IMG/VR virus record: IMGVR_UViG_3300044615_001608
Coordinates: 1-34,557 of that record
DNA length: 34,557 nt
Strand: one strand, 5' to 3'
Origin: a virus
Lineage: Duplodnaviria; Caudoviricetes
Shown one piece after another: positions 32,541-34,557 of the stretch; position 1 is the first letter of the stretch; each line of letters starts with the position of its first letter. Below the pieces are notes generated by a model that ran no database searches, had not been told where the DNA came from, and saw only the letters and a program-made list of their open reading frames with translations. The position numbers were made by a program, and so were the translations under genes.

Positions 32541-32948
32541 TTACTTCTGGGTGTTCTTCTTGTCGCCGGCGGGAGGATCCTTCGGCTTCTCGTCCTCGGT
32601 GCTCTTTTCGACCTGCTTCTTCGCGGTGCTCATCTCCGCGGCACTCTTCTCCAGCGACTTGACGCGAGCCTCAAGCTCGTGCGTGCGGGAGACGAGCGAG
32701 CCGACCTGCTCCTCGAGCATCTCGATCGGCGACTTGGGCGGTGCGGCCTCGGGGTTCTTCTTGTCGAACTCGGCCATGGCTTTCGCCAGGGCGTTGTCGT
32801 TGGTGTCGGCTTCCCCGGTGCACACCTTCTTGCCGGTGGTCTTGTCGGTCACGACGGCCTTGACGGTGTTCGACGTCGTGCCAACGAACCGCACTTCGCA
32901 CCGGGCTTTCTCAAGCCGCTTCAATGACAGGGACATGGTCTGATTCAT
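32541..32948 (-). CDS. Hypothetical protein with coiled-coil C-terminus
   Basis: AAGGA RBS; lies between scaffold and capsid genes. Confidence 0.7.
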   Translation of the reverse strand: MNQTMSLSLKRLEKARCEVRFVGTTSNTVKAVVTDKTTGKKVCTGEADTNDNALAKAMAEFDKKNPEAAPPKSPIEMLEEQVGSLVSRTHELEARVKSLEKSAAEMSTAKKQVEKSTEDEKPKDPPAGDKKNTQK

Positions 32949-32982
32949 CGTCGTCGGTCCTTTCCTTGTTGAGAATCACTTC

Positions 32983-33723
32983 TCAGATGGCGTTGATGAT
33001 TTCGGGCGACGTCTTGGCGAGACGCGCCATGAACACTTGGTCGTTCCGCCAGTGCCCGCTTTCCTTGGTGGCCTTTCGCTGCGCCGCGGCAAACTCGCCG
33101 TGGTTCGTGAAGCCGCCGGGCGACGACGCCGACGCGCCGGCGTAGACCTGCTCCGGGTTGGGCTTGCCGTGCTCGGCCTCGTACGCGGCCTTGAGCGCGG
33201 TCACGGTCTGCTTGTACGTGCCGAAGCTCTTGAGCCCCGCCTCGACCTCGGCACGCTTCTCGTCGGGAAGGGCCTTGGCGAACGCCAGGAGCGAGTTGAA
33301 CTGCTCCTCGCCGCCGGCGATGCCGACCGCCGTCTCGAAGGCCAGGGCCTCGGCGGTGGTCACGGCGGCGAGATTCTGCTCCACCATCTTGCGGGAGATG
33401 CCCGGATTGACCTCACGCAGCGCCTTGTACTGCGCGTCGCTGATCTTGCCGTTGGTCGTGAACTCCTTGCGAAGATCAGCCTCGGTGAGCTTGGCAGCGG
33501 CGAGCACCGTTTCGATCGTCGCGTCGTCCGCGATCTCGATGGTCGGCCGCTTGGAGGACAACGCGGCCTGAGCCTCGGTGTATCCCTTCTCCAGCTCCTC
33601 CACCGACCTGTACTTGCCGGCGTAGAGCTTGCCCTCTCCCGCGGGCGCGGCCGCGGGGGTGACGGGCTGGGACGTGATCGGGTCGGTCTTTGGTGCGGCC
33701 GGTGCGGTTTCCGTGGTGCTCAT
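32983..33723 (-). CDS. Capsid assembly scaffolding protein (T7 gp9-like)
   Basis: LYAGKYRSVEELEKGY and AGGEEQFNSLLAFA hallmark motifs; directly after the portal. Confidence 0.9.
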   Translation of the reverse strand: MSTTETAPAAPKTDPITSQPVTPAAAPAGEGKLYAGKYRSVEELEKGYTEAQAALSSKRPTIEIADDATIETVLAAAKLTEADLRKEFTTNGKISDAQYKALREVNPGISRKMVEQNLAAVTTAEALAFETAVGIAGGEEQFNSLLAFAKALPDEKRAEVEAGLKSFGTYKQTVTALKAAYEAEHGKPNPEQVYAGASASSPGGFTNHGEFAAAQRKATKESGHWRNDQVFMARLAKTSPEIINAI

Positions 33724-34557
33724 CGTGTTCCTTGCATAGCAGTGGTGGCTGCTGTCTCAACGATTCCGCCCACCGTTTGGGCGGCTTGTTTGTTCGCGTC
33801 CATCATGGCCTGTGCGTCGATCGCGGCCTTGCGTTCCTTGGCGACCTGCTCCTCGCTCTTGACCAAGCGGGGCTCGTAGATGCTGCTGTAGCGGGCCAAG
33901 AGGGAAAGCATGACGCCGTCGTCGATCCTCGCCGCGGCGTTGGGTCCGAGCTTCTGCGCGACCTCGGCGAGCGTGAGCATCTTCCGGACGGTCTTCTGCC
34001 GCTCGATGGCGGCAAGCCCGGTGGACACCGTGTACTGAACAGTGTCCTTCTCGAACGCCGGCATGAGCCCGTCGCGGACCATCTGGTACATCGTGCGTTC
34101 GAGCAATGGAACCTGCTGCTCCGTCTCGATCGCGGCGTAGAAGCCACCGAACGCCCCGTCGATCTCCTCAGCAATCTGGTCCCAACCCGCGCGGGATCGG
34201 CCGGCCTCGCCCTGGGGACCGCTCTCGCTCTTGAGAAGCATCGCGCGGCCCAAGTCCTGCTTGAGCTTCTCCGCAGTCTCGAAGACGACGCGGAAGTCGC
34301 TCAGCTTCTCGGCCCGCAGCATGCCGATGTCTTGGGGCATGCCGCCTTCCATTCGCACGCCACGGATCACGCGGCCCGCTCGACCCTGGAGCTGCTTGTC
34401 GGCCACGCGAGAACCAACGCCGACGCACCACGCCATGTCGGACGCGATCGCGGCAAAGTCCAAGAGACGCATGCAAAGCTCGTTGTAGCTCCGAAGGTTC
34501 CCGTGGTTCAGCTCAACCCAGCCGCGGCCGTAGATGGCGCCGGGGGCAAGCTCGAAC
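33720..34557 (-). CDS. Portal / head-tail connector (T7 gp8-like), 5' part beyond window
   Basis: Frame open to the window end (FELAPGAIYGRGWVE...); AEEIDGAFGGFYAAIETEQQVPLL, STGLAAIER, LVKSEEQV. Confidence 0.92.
   Translation of the reverse strand, partial: FELAPGAIYGRGWVELNHGNLRSYNELCMRLLDFAAIASDMAWCVGVGSRVADKQLQGRAGRVIRGVRMEGGMPQDIGMLRAEKLSDFRVVFETAEKLKQDLGRAMLLKSESGPQGEAGRSRAGWDQIAEEIDGAFGGFYAAIETEQQVPLLERTMYQMVRDGLMPAFEKDTVQYTVSTGLAAIERQKTVRKMLTLAEVAQKLGPNAAARIDDGVMLSLLARYSSIYEPRLVKSEEQVAKERKAAIDAQAMMDANKQAAQTVGGIVETAATTAMQGTR

Noticed and set aside
1-34557. Apparent abundance of GATC/CGATCG
   Set aside because: Not counted, and plausibly explained by ATC/GAT/TCG codon usage in a GC-rich genome; needs a codon-aware Markov test.

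Overview
GC-rich segment of a tailed phage or prophage with a T7-like (podovirus) virion module. Every credible gene lies on the minus strand, so transcription runs right to left. Late region, in order: portal (partial), scaffold, major capsid, an inserted ~6 kb block (signal-peptide proteins, an SGNH-like repeat protein, holin-like genes, a lipoprotein), tail tubular A, tail tubular B apparently split in two, and three internal virion proteins. These are followed by tRNA(CAU), terS, a sigma-70-family factor, terL and a C5-cytosine methyltransferase. After a ~650 bp non-coding block comes a sigma70 promoter driving an early operon: AAA+ ATPase with VWA-like partner, acidic small proteins, N6-adenine methyltransferase, an RHH protein and a tyrosine integrase truncated at the window edge. 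Two unexplained sequence systems stand out. (1) A repeated two-hairpin leader (GNRA hairpin, covarying stem with an AUGCC loop, then CAAGGAGA RBS) precedes most early genes. (2) A 14/15-bp motif, TGNCA-WWTG-TGNCA, recurs about every 2-4 kb across the window, mostly inside genes. Gene calls come from motif recognition and synteny by eye, with no database searches. Most + strand ORFs in the track are antisense shadows.
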